This document shows, one piece after another, positions 10,328 to 19,149 of a stretch of DNA of 64,000 bases; the stretch's first letter is position 1; each line of letters begins with the position of its first letter. The notes below the pieces were generated by a model that made no database searches, was not told where the DNA came from, and saw only the letters and a list, made by a program, of their open reading frames with translations. The stretch covers positions 1,731 to 65,730 of the forward strand of contig JBAYUF010000002.1 in NCBI GenBank assembly GCA_041675205.1, written 5' to 3'. This DNA comes from Patescibacteria group bacterium. GTDB taxonomy: Bacteria > Patescibacteriota > Patescibacteriia > GWA2-46-9. Position numbers and translations under genes: made by a program.

Positions 10328-10597
10328 CTAGCTATCTAAGAGAACGAAAACGATATCGGTTAACGCCTTGATCTTATGATACGTTCGAGCTGGAAATTCA
10401 ATTTTTGCAGGCCCTTGAATCTTATAGATACGATCTCCTGTTGTTACTTCAGCCATTCCTTTAAGTAGATAAATTAGCTCGGCTGCATTCTCAGAGTTGT
10501 CACCCGATACTGACTCTCTGTTTCTTAAAAAAATTTTGAGACCTGCCGCTTCATAAACCTTCCCTTTTAAATCATCACGGATGAGTTTCATTTCCAT
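10328..10597 (-). CDS. Small cupin-like protein
   Basis: ELIYLLKG.AEVT and FPARTYHKIKALTD resemble cupin motifs 1 and 2. Confidence 0.6.
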   Translation of the reverse strand: MEMKLIRDDLKGKVYEAAGLKIFLRNRESVSGDNSENAAELIYLLKGMAEVTTGDRIYKIQGPAKIEFPARTYHKIKALTDIVFVLLDS

Positions 10598-10613
10598 AAT
10601 TAGGAAGACTATT

Positions 10614-10919
10614 TTACTTACCTTTAACCTTTACATTGACGCCACCAACTTTCTTATATGTTCGTTGCTTATTCTTTTTAATCTTTTTTACAATTTCTTT
10701 TTCTAAATCAACGTCTAGCATTTTAGATAGAGAAAGAAGATAAATTGCAACATCGGCCAACTCTTCACCTATATCAGGCAATTTTTTATGATAGGCACGG
10801 AACGCCTCGGCGAGCTCATCAAAGGTTAAACAAAATTCCAAATTAATATCATCGATATTGAACTTCTTTGTATTTTTATTTTCCCAAATCTCTTTTAGAA
10901 TTTTTTGGAAATCGATCAT
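10614..10919 (-). CDS. MazG-like nucleotide pyrophosphohydrolase
   Basis: DELAE...GEELADVAIYLLSL...VDLE...KIKKN..R motif. Confidence 0.85.
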   Translation of the reverse strand: MIDFQKILKEIWENKNTKKFNIDDINLEFCLTFDELAEAFRAYHKKLPDIGEELADVAIYLLSLSKMLDVDLEKEIVKKIKKNKQRTYKKVGGVNVKVKGK

Positions 10920-10962
10920 AGAGGCTTTATAGAAATTGAATGTCTCAACACTTCAACTCAAA

Positions 10963-11362
10963 GGTCGGGAATCGGTCACAACTCTCGCCTCGTTCCCTCG
11001 ACTCCGCTGCTGCGGAGCTACTGACAATTCATGACATTCTGATCACATCAGAATGGGTGTTATTGTTGTCGGCTGCGACCCCGCCTCACGAGTTTATCCC
11101 GCACACAGTGAGGGGCTCCGGCTTTCGAATCCCTCACGCGAATGAAGCAGTTCATTCGCTCCCTTCCTCGTTCACAAAGTTCACTTCAAGGGAGGGTCGG
11201 GAATCGGTCACAACTCTCGTTCGCTTCCGCTCACTCGGTCGCGACCCCGCCTCACGGTCTTCGTCGTCAGCAATACTCCTCAGACATCGTTCCGGCTTTC
11301 GAATCCCTCACGCGAATGAAGCAGTTCATTCGCTCCCTTCCTTCGTTCACAAAGTTCACTTC
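10963..11362. repeat. Degenerate tandem repeat units downstream of tRNA-Ser
   Basis: ~71-bp block at 11117-11187 and 11291-11362 is near identical; GGTCGGGAATCGGTCACAACTCTCG occurs at 10963 and 11195; GCGACCCCGCCTCACG occurs twice. Confidence 0.85.
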
Positions 11363-11448
11363 GGAAGGGGAGGGATTCGAACCCTCGAGATCTTGTAGGA
11401 TCTACCGCATTTCGAGTGCGGCCCATTCGACCACTCTGGCACCCTTCC
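11362..11448 (-). tRNA. tRNA-Ser(CGA)
   Basis: Reverse complement GGAAGGGTGCCAGAGTGGTCGAATGGG-CCGCACTCGAAATGCGG-long variable arm-GAGGGTTCGAATCCCTCCCCTTCCG. Confidence 0.95.
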
Positions 11449-11523
11449 ATAGGCTTACTTAGTGTACAGAACTATTCGTATGACCGCGCGACCACTTTGG
11501 CACCCTTCCACAGGTTTACTTAG
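11428..11523. repeat. 35-bp direct repeat of the tRNA-Ser 5' end plus leader
   Basis: CGACCACTCTGGCACCCTTCCATAGGCTTACTTAG (11428-11462) versus CGACCACTTTGGCACCCTTCCACAGGTTTACTTAG (11489-11523). Confidence 0.85.
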
Positions 11524-11568
11524 AAACGTGCTTCGCACGCTACCATGACCGAACGTCTTCAACAAGCT

Positions 11569-13182
11569 TTATGGTACTAACCGTAGATGAAATGCGGCAA
11601 CACCATAGTGTCGCGAATGATCTTGATAGCGGGTTGCTAACCATAATAAAGCTTCCGATGCTGTTTCAAAGCCTAAATCAAATGGATGGTGCGCTGCAAC
11701 CAGATGGTCAAAAGATGCATACGGCCGAATAGACTCGACCGCCAATCGAACGCAATGAGCACCGTTTCCTTCTTGATAACACAGCAGTATGTCGCCTTCG
11801 CGAACCCGTTCATGGCCACCAGCTAGTAAGCGCGGGTCAACCCGTCGCCGTCCACTAGAAAGTAGTGAAAACGAAAACGCATCATATTCAAATACATGTA
11901 CCCGTCGTGTTTCTAATAAGGGCAGCGCCATAAGCACCCAAAATAATATGGAGAGGTCATTTTTAAAATACGGAACATCCACCAGCCCATGAATAACTAA
12001 CGCCAACATTGCGGCAATTGCTCCAGCAACTACCGGGCTATTCCGTCGCGGCCAGGCATGAACAAAAAAGGCCGCGAGCAGCCAGACAAATGCGAGGAGA
12101 CCAGCCAGACCAAGCTCTACCCAGGCATTTAAGAAAAGATTATGTGGGTAGAGAAATATTTCTATTTTGTAGGGCGTAATATTTGGTCGCCAATCTACAT
12201 GATACGGTGCAACTGCTTGCTGATAATTTGCTAAACCGGCGCCTGTTATGGGGTGGTCTTTTATAAGCTCGACAGTCTCTTCCCATACCGCCAACCGCAT
12301 TGCGCCGGACGGCGCGCTAAATGAAAAGCTTTGCTCAACTTTTAATCTGAGTGTTGGCACAAAAGCCAAAAAGCCGACAAATAAGAATGCTGCGCCTACG
12401 ACAACTACTCGGTGTCGATTTTTTGAAACAAGCAAGATGGCGACAAAGGTACTAATGGCCACCCCCAACCACGCACCTTTCGTTTGAGACAAAACAATGG
12501 CGCTCACGCCAAAAATAACGACAATGAGCGACCACCAAAATGATTGCTGCCGACGATATGAAGTTATGAGGAGCGGGATGTAAAGCGCAATAATTGGCGC
12601 CAGCAACAGACCAACAGCATTGGGGTATGGAAAAACGCTTGTGAATTTTAAAACCGCTGCACTGGCGTATGGCTCTGGTACGTAGCCAGTGAAGTACTGC
12701 AACCATGCACCCATAGCGACAAAAATCGCGAGGCCACCGAGAGCGTGGAGCAGCCAAATTCGTTCACGTGCGCCACGAAATTCGATAACCAGGATAGTGA
12801 AGAGCAGCATGGGATCAATAAAGTACGCCTTCCAGGCGCCAAGTGCGGCATCAATATTTGGCGAAAGAATTGCGCTGACTGTAGCGGTTAACAAAAACGC
12901 AAGTAGTGGGTAAAGAACGGGATGAAAAGGATTGTCAGTACTTACGGTGCTTCCTGCTGGTAGCCGTGGCCAACCATGGTGGCGGACCATTCTCAAAAAC
13001 CAAACAGCCGCGACAACAGTGATGGTTAGTTCAAGAAGTGTTGTTGGGATACCAAAGAGCTCAATCCGGACGAGATACGTTGGGAGTAAAAAAACAATTA
13101 AAGCCAGCGCCCTTTTAGGTGCTCGGTACGTGAGCAAAGCAAAACTAAGTAAGTAAGCGCTTATTAAAATCGTAGAATCCAT
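11569..13182 (-). CDS. O-antigen ligase/Wzy_C family protein with a C-terminal ASCH-like domain
   Basis: YPNA, SQTKGAWLG, R..VW, P.TGAG and YPHNLFLN.WVELG motifs; soluble ~110-aa tail resembles ASCH. Confidence 0.85.
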   Translation of the reverse strand: MDSTILISAYLLSFALLTYRAPKRALALIVFLLPTYLVRIELFGIPTTLLELTITVVAAVWFLRMVRHHGWPRLPAGSTVSTDNPFHPVLYPLLAFLLTATVSAILSPNIDAALGAWKAYFIDPMLLFTILVIEFRGARERIWLLHALGGLAIFVAMGAWLQYFTGYVPEPYASAAVLKFTSVFPYPNAVGLLLAPIIALYIPLLITSYRRQQSFWWSLIVVIFGVSAIVLSQTKGAWLGVAISTFVAILLVSKNRHRVVVVGAAFLFVGFLAFVPTLRLKVEQSFSFSAPSGAMRLAVWEETVELIKDHPITGAGLANYQQAVAPYHVDWRPNITPYKIEIFLYPHNLFLNAWVELGLAGLLAFVWLLAAFFVHAWPRRNSPVVAGAIAAMLALVIHGLVDVPYFKNDLSILFWVLMALPLLETRRVHVFEYDAFSFSLLSSGRRRVDPRLLAGGHERVREGDILLCYQEGNGAHCVRLAVESIRPYASFDHLVAAHHPFDLGFETASEALLWLATRYQDHSRHYGVAAFHLRLVP

Positions 13183-13248
13183 GATTTTATTATACCGCAA
13201 AACTAAATTCCCGGGTTGCAATGTGACTACCGGAAAAGTCTACTACCG

Positions 13249-14670
13249 TCACTTTTGAAACGTGGTCCGTGCATCAAAAAATAATTGACGAACCAGTGGA
13301 CTAGAAACAAATAACACAAGGGTGTAGACAAGTACGGCAAACGGAATAACTAACCATAGAACAAAACTACTGGCGTAAATTAGCCACGCAACCATGACAG
13401 CGGTAGCCAACATTGCGGGCAGTATACTAGCGAGTCGGAACCGAATACCCACTGACACGAGATACCCAAACAGCAAAACGGCAATCAGCAGCTCCACTGC
13501 CACGGTCATGCTTGCCGCACCCAATGCCCCAAAACGAGGAATTGCGATGACATACCCGAACAAGCTTACTGCGGCAGCGACCGCATACGCCCAAAGCACT
13601 TTGCGCTGCTGGCCAATTGCAACAATGAGATGCCCGAAGTAGGTACCAATAAATATTATGCCCGTCGCAATGCCAAGTAACTGTAGAACTGGTGTACCAA
13701 GCGCCACGAACTCTTGTCCAAAGTAGACGGTGAACCGTGGAGCTGTCATTACGACACCCACCGCGATGGGAAAAGCAAAATAACACACGGCTGCAAATCC
13801 GTTTTGCGTGATGCGTCGGAAACGATCTTTGTCTTCTGTGAGCCACGCTGCCGTTAGTACTGGAAGTAGCAGACCAACAAACATGGTGGGGAACGTAATG
13901 AGCACTTCTAAGACCCGATACATTGCTCCGTACACACCAACTTCTGCTTCGTCGCGCACGAAAGAAAGTATAAGGGTGTCGGCTTTTAGATAGACAAGGT
14001 TTAAAACAACGCCAAGCGCAATCGGCCATGAGCGCTGCCAAATGAGGCGCCATAATTCACTGTCATACGCGAAACGCAAACGAACGAATGGCCGTGCCAA
14101 CCAAGCCGCAACCGCTACGTTAACTATGCTTGAAACAGTAACTGCTAAGGCAATAAAAAGTATCCCGCGCCCGGTGGCTATAGCCGCAACAACGGCGAGT
14201 AGAAGCACCAATCGGGAAAGTACCTCGGCAATAGTCGCTCGCCAAATGGTAAGTGTTTGCTGAAACAGACCAGTAAACACCTGGAGCACTGCGACGCAGA
14301 CAAACGACAGTACCAATACAACCACACCTTGTTTCACAAGCAAGCTGTATGGAAATAGCCAAACAAGCAGTGGGGCAAGAGCAAGAGCGAATAAGGCGGT
14401 GACAGCACGGAATGCCAATACATTAGAAAATACTTTTTGCCGGTCGGTGGTAAATTCTGCAAATAGCTGGCTACTGACGAGTACCAATCCTAAATCAATC
14501 GCTACTGCAAAGAACTGCAGGTACGTTGTCATGATGGTATACGTCCCATAACCACCGGCACCAAGGTAGTTGGTCAGTAAAAGTACTACCCCCCAACCAA
14601 GCGCGATGCTGAGTATTTTACCGACGGACTGAATTATTGTATTTGTCGCTAGGCGCCCGGAAAGTGACAT
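13249..14670 (-). CDS. Wzx-like polysaccharide flippase
   Basis: YLG..GYG.Y, DLGL, D.LILS...EVGVYG..YR and FGALGAA motifs; about 14 TM. Confidence 0.9.
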   Translation of the reverse strand: MSLSGRLATNTIIQSVGKILSIALGWGVVLLLTNYLGAGGYGTYTIMTTYLQFFAVAIDLGLVLVSSQLFAEFTTDRQKVFSNVLAFRAVTALFALALAPLLVWLFPYSLLVKQGVVVLVLSFVCVAVLQVFTGLFQQTLTIWRATIAEVLSRLVLLLAVVAAIATGRGILFIALAVTVSSIVNVAVAAWLARPFVRLRFAYDSELWRLIWQRSWPIALGVVLNLVYLKADTLILSFVRDEAEVGVYGAMYRVLEVLITFPTMFVGLLLPVLTAAWLTEDKDRFRRITQNGFAAVCYFAFPIAVGVVMTAPRFTVYFGQEFVALGTPVLQLLGIATGIIFIGTYFGHLIVAIGQQRKVLWAYAVAAAVSLFGYVIAIPRFGALGAASMTVAVELLIAVLLFGYLVSVGIRFRLASILPAMLATAVMVAWLIYASSFVLWLVIPFAVLVYTLVLFVSSPLVRQLFFDARTTFQK

Positions 14671-14671
14671 A

Positions 14672-14700
14672 TTGACACGTTGGCAAGGCTATGCTAAAGT
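14672..14700 (+). promoter_or_regulatory. Sigma70-type promoter
   Basis: TTGACA-N17-TAAAGT with extended -10 TG. Confidence 0.65.
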
Positions 14701-14710
14701 TTTCTGTTTT

Positions 14711-14824
14711 GAGTTCGAGGAACTGCATCCACGACAAGCGTGGGGTCTTCGGGCGGAGGCAATCTTGGTGCTTGCACTCAGATTTTCCCCACTTCGGGCC
14801 TCTTGGATGCAGTTCCCCGGTCGC
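14711..14824 (+). ncRNA. Candidate structured small RNA (6S-like rod)
   Basis: 13-bp closing stem GGAACTGCATCCA/TGGATGCAGTTCC and inner stems; lies between a promoter and a terminator, with no convincing ORF. Confidence 0.55.
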
Positions 14825-14828
14825 AAAA

Positions 14829-14862
14829 CAAACAAGCTCGCACTAGTGTGCGAGCTTGTTTT
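14829..14862. terminator. Bidirectional intrinsic terminator
   Basis: AACAAGCTCGCAC-loop-GTGCGAGCTTGTT followed by T-rich tract. Confidence 0.8.
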
Positions 14863-14863
14863 C

Positions 14864-15076
14864 TTATTCGTCGGCGTTCAAAATTTCATTGAGTAATTCT
14901 CTTGTCTGGTCACGTCGGTCATCCGTGGCCGCACCGTCAACCGCTACGACTAACTGCAATACGCTGCCTTCGGCCGCTTCGTCCGGGAGCTCGGCACTTG
15001 GCCAATAAATTTCTTGACCATCGCTTGTCCTGAGAATTGCATCGTCTCCTTCAAACCGATCAATAGTTGCTTCCAT
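14864..15076 (-). CDS. DUF3006 family protein
   Basis: TIDRFEGD.AIL...WP...LP..A.EGSVL pattern. Confidence 0.75.
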   Translation of the reverse strand: MEATIDRFEGDDAILRTSDGQEIYWPSAELPDEAAEGSVLQLVVAVDGAATDDRRDQTRELLNEILNADE

Positions 15077-15083
15077 ATGTATG

Positions 15084-15533
15084 TTAGGTTACAACGCGCA
15101 CGGTAACCGCGGTTGGTTCACTGCGCGTAAGAGTAATTGTTAATACACCGTCTTGCATTGTAGCGGTAGCGCTGTCTGCTTGTACTGACACCGGAAGGAC
15201 AACGGAACGTGAGAATGCCCCCCAATAACATTCCTGCACCATATACTGCTTAACTTCTTGGCTGTACTTTTCATGACGTTCACCACGAACAGTTAGAAGA
15301 TCGTTGTGCAGCGCGATAACGATATCTTCTGGTCGAACACCAGCAATGGCGCTCTGAACAACCACCTGACTATCGGTCACATAAACATCTAGCGCAAGAG
15401 CACCCTCAGATGTGGCTGATTGAAATGCTTCGTCACTTCGCGCAATCGGAGGCGTGAACACTGCTTCGGCACGATCACTCACCGGTACAGAATGCACCGG
15501 GGTTCGTTTCGATTTTTTAAAAAGCCATGCCAT
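15084..15533 (-). CDS. Small heat-shock protein (Hsp20)
   Basis: LDVY, IAGV.PEDI, LTVRGER, ECYWGAFSRSV.LP and DGVLTI.L motifs; start at MAWLFKK. Confidence 0.9.
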   Translation of the reverse strand: MAWLFKKSKRTPVHSVPVSDRAEAVFTPPIARSDEAFQSATSEGALALDVYVTDSQVVVQSAIAGVRPEDIVIALHNDLLTVRGERHEKYSQEVKQYMVQECYWGAFSRSVVLPVSVQADSATATMQDGVLTITLTRSEPTAVTVRVVT

Positions 15534-15579
15534 AGTATGAACGCCGTTCAGTATACTGAGGTCTGCTGTCTGTAGCAAG

Positions 15580-16677
15580 TTACTTGGGATTAACTGCCTC
15601 CGCGCTTCTGAGCGACGGAACAAAATGCACCCACAGTAAGCCGGGGGCAATGGGTACGGCATTCCCATCTTTGTCGAAGTATTGCAGCGGCCCGTCAGCA
15701 TTCACCTTGCTCCACGAAATTGAATATTGCTGACCATTCCGGAGTAGTAGCGCTTTGCCACTACCCGTAACTCGCACGGTAACCGCATCGGGCACCCCAG
15801 GGCGAGGTGCTGGCAAAACGTCTGTTTCAAGTAGTAGGACCGTAGCGGCACGAATAGTTTCATGCGTGGTTCTGTCGATTGCTTCTACGCCACCAATGAA
15901 CCGTTCATAGCCCTGATTGCCTTCATTCCACTTCCACACGGTTTGGTATGTCAGGAGTGACGACGGTGAAACGCGCACCTGCGAAGCAGCCACACCACCA
16001 CCAGGCGCATTGTCGTGCGCCGCCATTGCCGTAACACCCGGCCATACTAACCAGTCGTTCGAGGCGGCCAAAAGGTCTAACTGAAAAATACTAGAAAACA
16101 AATTGTGAGGAGCGGGACTGCTTGATTGCCTTGCGTAGTACTTACCATTACGAAACTCGTCTGCATCGAGCAATCCGGTATTTTGTTTTAATCGCTGAAG
16201 CGCCAACGGACTGCCACCCGAATGCACATAGAGAGCATGAAAGCCTTGAACAATTGGCAGGACATACTCTCGAGCAGAACGTACCGGACCAATAACCACA
16301 TTCTCATCTGTTTGCCACAGTGCTAACAACCTCGTAAGCCCACCTTCAACTGGAAATTCAAACACAACGGCAGCTTTACTTAACCCTGCGGCCGGTCGAG
16401 CCGCAACACTATTATCGATCATGGCGGCAATGGGTAGTTTTGTGGCAACGGTGAGTGAAACCGGAGAACCGTTTAATAATGACGGCGTCGTTGTTACTGC
16501 TGGTGCTACTACTGGCACGACAGGTGCGGGTTGTGGTGATTGTAAAATAAAAAAGTATACGAGCAACGCATTCGTGATTACCAAAAGCCACAATGTGACG
16601 AGCCAACTATGTCGCCGCAGTAGGCCGCGCAAAATAACCCACGAGCGCAAAACCTTCGTACGAACCTGATTCAACAT
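15580..16677 (-). CDS. DUF3048 (YerB-like) membrane-anchored protein
   Basis: MIDN...ARP..GL, EGGLTRL, GPVRSAR, HSGGS and APHNLF motifs. Confidence 0.85.
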   Translation of the reverse strand: MLNQVRTKVLRSWVILRGLLRRHSWLVTLWLLVITNALLVYFFILQSPQPAPVVPVVAPAVTTTPSLLNGSPVSLTVATKLPIAAMIDNSVAARPAAGLSKAAVVFEFPVEGGLTRLLALWQTDENVVIGPVRSAREYVLPIVQGFHALYVHSGGSPLALQRLKQNTGLLDADEFRNGKYYARQSSSPAPHNLFSSIFQLDLLAASNDWLVWPGVTAMAAHDNAPGGGVAASQVRVSPSSLLTYQTVWKWNEGNQGYERFIGGVEAIDRTTHETIRAATVLLLETDVLPAPRPGVPDAVTVRVTGSGKALLLRNGQQYSISWSKVNADGPLQYFDKDGNAVPIAPGLLWVHFVPSLRSAEAVNPK

Positions 16678-16679
16678 AC

Positions 16680-18023
16680 CTACACAATGAGCGGCAGTGA
16701 CTCTAGAGGAAAGTGTTCATCGGTTATAACGCTCTCTATTCGATACGCACCGTGGGTTGGTGCTTCGATGTAGCCGCTCCACGCCATCTTGGCGAGACCA
16801 CCACTTGCCACCCAGTCAAAGAGCCACTCGCCAACATACTTTGGGTTATGCTGCGGCACACCACCTCCAACCGTTTGCAGCCAACGCGCGTTAAACTCTT
16901 CCTGAGATCCAAGCGGGGGAGCAATAATTATTGGTAATCCTGCGCCAGCATAGAAAGATTGTTCTGATGGTTTCGTCCACAAAACATCCGTCGTCGCTAG
17001 TCGCTTTGTGTAATCACGGAAGTAGTCGTGACGACTTTTTGTGTAGTAAACATGTACGCTACTGCCAAGATATTTCGTTAGGCGCAGATCGCTGACTGCT
17101 TTCTTGTAGAGGTCGCGAACACCGCGATGCGTGCCGGCTTCAAGGTTAAACGTAATCTCGTTTCTGGCAATACGAACACGGAGCGACTGCAGTGCCTCAA
17201 CGCCAATTTTTGCTTGCGCTCCGGCACCACCAACAGCGAAAGTAACAGTGAGCGACCGTGGTTGCGGTCGACTATGCCAATCGCGACCAAAGTGCTGGTG
17301 CAACGTTCGGTCGTACTGCTTTCTGAAAATACCATTTGGGTCAAGATTATTGAGTCGTCGCGAAATTTGACGCCGGAGCTGTGCTGGGTCTGGCCCGTCA
17401 ACTAATTCTTTTGGTAGGGGGAAACCAGTCAAGAAAATGTTCTCCTCGGGCACCCCATAGAGCTTCAACCGTTCTACCACTCTGCCGGTCGGGGCAAAAT
17501 ATTTAATGCGGCTTTGCTTTGGGTCAAGCGCTGCCCACGCTCTGCTAATATCGGCGTCAGTTACCACGCAATATATTTCCCCGGGGTAGCCATAATATTC
17601 AGCGGCAAACGCCGGAAGAAAAAAGGTTGTAACGAGTGGTAAATTTTTTCGTCGGAGACGATCAATCAGGTCGCGCATGAACTCATGCTTCTCCATCATT
17701 CGATACAGTTCACGAACTTGGAGGGTGGGGCGAGATAAATCACGACGTGGATAGAACGGCTGAATCTCTTGCAGCTTATCGTACGTTTCAAAAATGAACT
17801 GCCCCACAAGCGGCACGGTGCTGAGGCGTGAAATAGCCTCATAAAATTTTCTTCCTTGCTGCCAAAGCTGTAAATCCTTAGCTGGAATACCATCGTAATT
17901 ATTCGCCGTTACAATGTCGCCTGACGCAATGTGCCGTAAACCAAAAGCGGCGCGCTCGTGACCATATCCCATGTCGACCGATACAACCCACGCTTTCTGT
18001 TTTACTATACTGTTTTGTTTCAT
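16680..18023 (-). CDS. Glycosyltransferase-like protein (MGDG synthase/GT28-related)
   Basis: DMGYGHERAA, VVTD.D, TGFP and D.L.TKP.E...GLP.....P.G.QE..N GT-B motifs. Confidence 0.7.
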   Translation of the reverse strand: MKQNSIVKQKAWVVSVDMGYGHERAAFGLRHIASGDIVTANNYDGIPAKDLQLWQQGRKFYEAISRLSTVPLVGQFIFETYDKLQEIQPFYPRRDLSRPTLQVRELYRMMEKHEFMRDLIDRLRRKNLPLVTTFFLPAFAAEYYGYPGEIYCVVTDADISRAWAALDPKQSRIKYFAPTGRVVERLKLYGVPEENIFLTGFPLPKELVDGPDPAQLRRQISRRLNNLDPNGIFRKQYDRTLHQHFGRDWHSRPQPRSLTVTFAVGGAGAQAKIGVEALQSLRVRIARNEITFNLEAGTHRGVRDLYKKAVSDLRLTKYLGSSVHVYYTKSRHDYFRDYTKRLATTDVLWTKPSEQSFYAGAGLPIIIAPPLGSQEEFNARWLQTVGGGVPQHNPKYVGEWLFDWVASGGLAKMAWSGYIEAPTHGAYRIESVITDEHFPLESLPLIV

Positions 18024-18084
18024 AGTACTTTCTTTATATTGTGCACTGCTAAAAATTACTCACGAACTGTTTTGGTAGCTGTTA

Positions 18085-18447
18085 CTACTGATGGAGCCAA
18101 TTAACTGCTTCTTGTTCAGAGTCAAAAAAACCAACCTTGGAGCTTTTTGCAAAACGAACGGCAAATTCAACGAACACTCTTTGCGTCTCATTAAGGAACC
18201 CAAAAAAGGCTACCTTTGTAAGTTGCGGATGCTCCAGGGCGGGAACGTACGCCTTGAGGGTCGCTGGGTCAGCCGAATTACTGGCGCTCGACAAATCAAC
18301 CAGTGCTGAAAACTGTTCACCCGGATGGTCTGAAAATGTTTTTAAGACAACACCAGTCAATGTCTCCGCCTTAGCGGCGTCATCTTCTGCGTAAACAGTA
18401 ACGCGCAGCTGATTGTTTGGTTCAATGGCAAGTGTATGTGCGGGCAT
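18085..18447 (-). CDS. STAS/SpoIIAA-like domain protein
   Basis: LVDLS...KVAFFG...FFDSEQEAVNWL C-terminal signature. Confidence 0.7.
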   Translation of the reverse strand: MPAHTLAIEPNNQLRVTVYAEDDAAKAETLTGVVLKTFSDHPGEQFSALVDLSSASNSADPATLKAYVPALEHPQLTKVAFFGFLNETQRVFVEFAVRFAKSSKVGFFDSEQEAVNWLHQ

Positions 18448-18578
18448 AGAGCAAGTGTACGTCGAGCATCACCCGTGGGCAAGAAGTGCCTTACCTTGAC
18501 CGATAGCAATCCACATCGTAGTATGTTGTGTTCGGCCAAAAAGGGTTGGACAAAAAACTCACAAGGGGTTCAAGAGTA

Positions 18579-18920
18579 ATGTTGTTTTTGTTTGACGTCC
18601 ATCTAAGCGAATACCTCCCAGTGGTGGAGGCAGTCAAGAAAGAGCTCGGCTCCGAGTTGGTAGCAACCGATTCGGCTGTCGAGGCGGAAAAACTGATCGA
18701 AGGACTCACGACTGCACCGAGTGTGGCAATCGTCACCCCTGGTGATGCACACTGCGAAGAAGGGCGCAGGGTAGCAACGCAGCTCCGGGCAAAGTTCCCG
18801 GACACGAAGATAGTCCTTTGGTCCACCCAGACCTACCGGGGACCGTGGGACGAAGAGGTCCAGCGGCATTGGGCGTTGGAGGACAACACCACACCGCTTA
18901 TTCAGGCCATCAAGGCCTGA
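18579..18920 (+). CDS. Hypothetical protein, possibly a degenerate receiver (CheY-like) fold
   Basis: beta/alpha pattern and EGRRVATQLRAKFPDTKIVLWST resemble REC alpha3-beta4; canonical Asp/Lys residues not evident. Confidence 0.5.
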   Translation: MLFLFDVHLSEYLPVVEAVKKELGSELVATDSAVEAEKLIEGLTTAPSVAIVTPGDAHCEEGRRVATQLRAKFPDTKIVLWSTQTYRGPWDEEVQRHWALEDNTTPLIQAIKA

Positions 18921-19149
18921 CCAAAACCTGGTTCGCGAACTACGCCGGCCGTTTCTCCCCAAACTTGGGTTGAGGAACGGCCGGCGAAATCATTTTTAAT
19001 AATCACGCCTGGGTTGACAAATCTATAAAAACTTGTACGATACAGAGTTCTTTTCTCAATTTTGGGAACTGAATCACTTTGCAAATTAGAAGTTGTTGCA
19101 AGAGTGGGTAAGGTAACTTCGCTTTGAAAATTGACTTAGAGGTGAGCAG

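Noticed and set aside
10940-11523. Possible CRISPR array or real ORFs (10940-11398, 11142-11462)
   Set aside because: Repeats are long, degenerate and irregularly spaced, with no cas genes; the ORFs only translate the repeats and the tRNA antisense strand.
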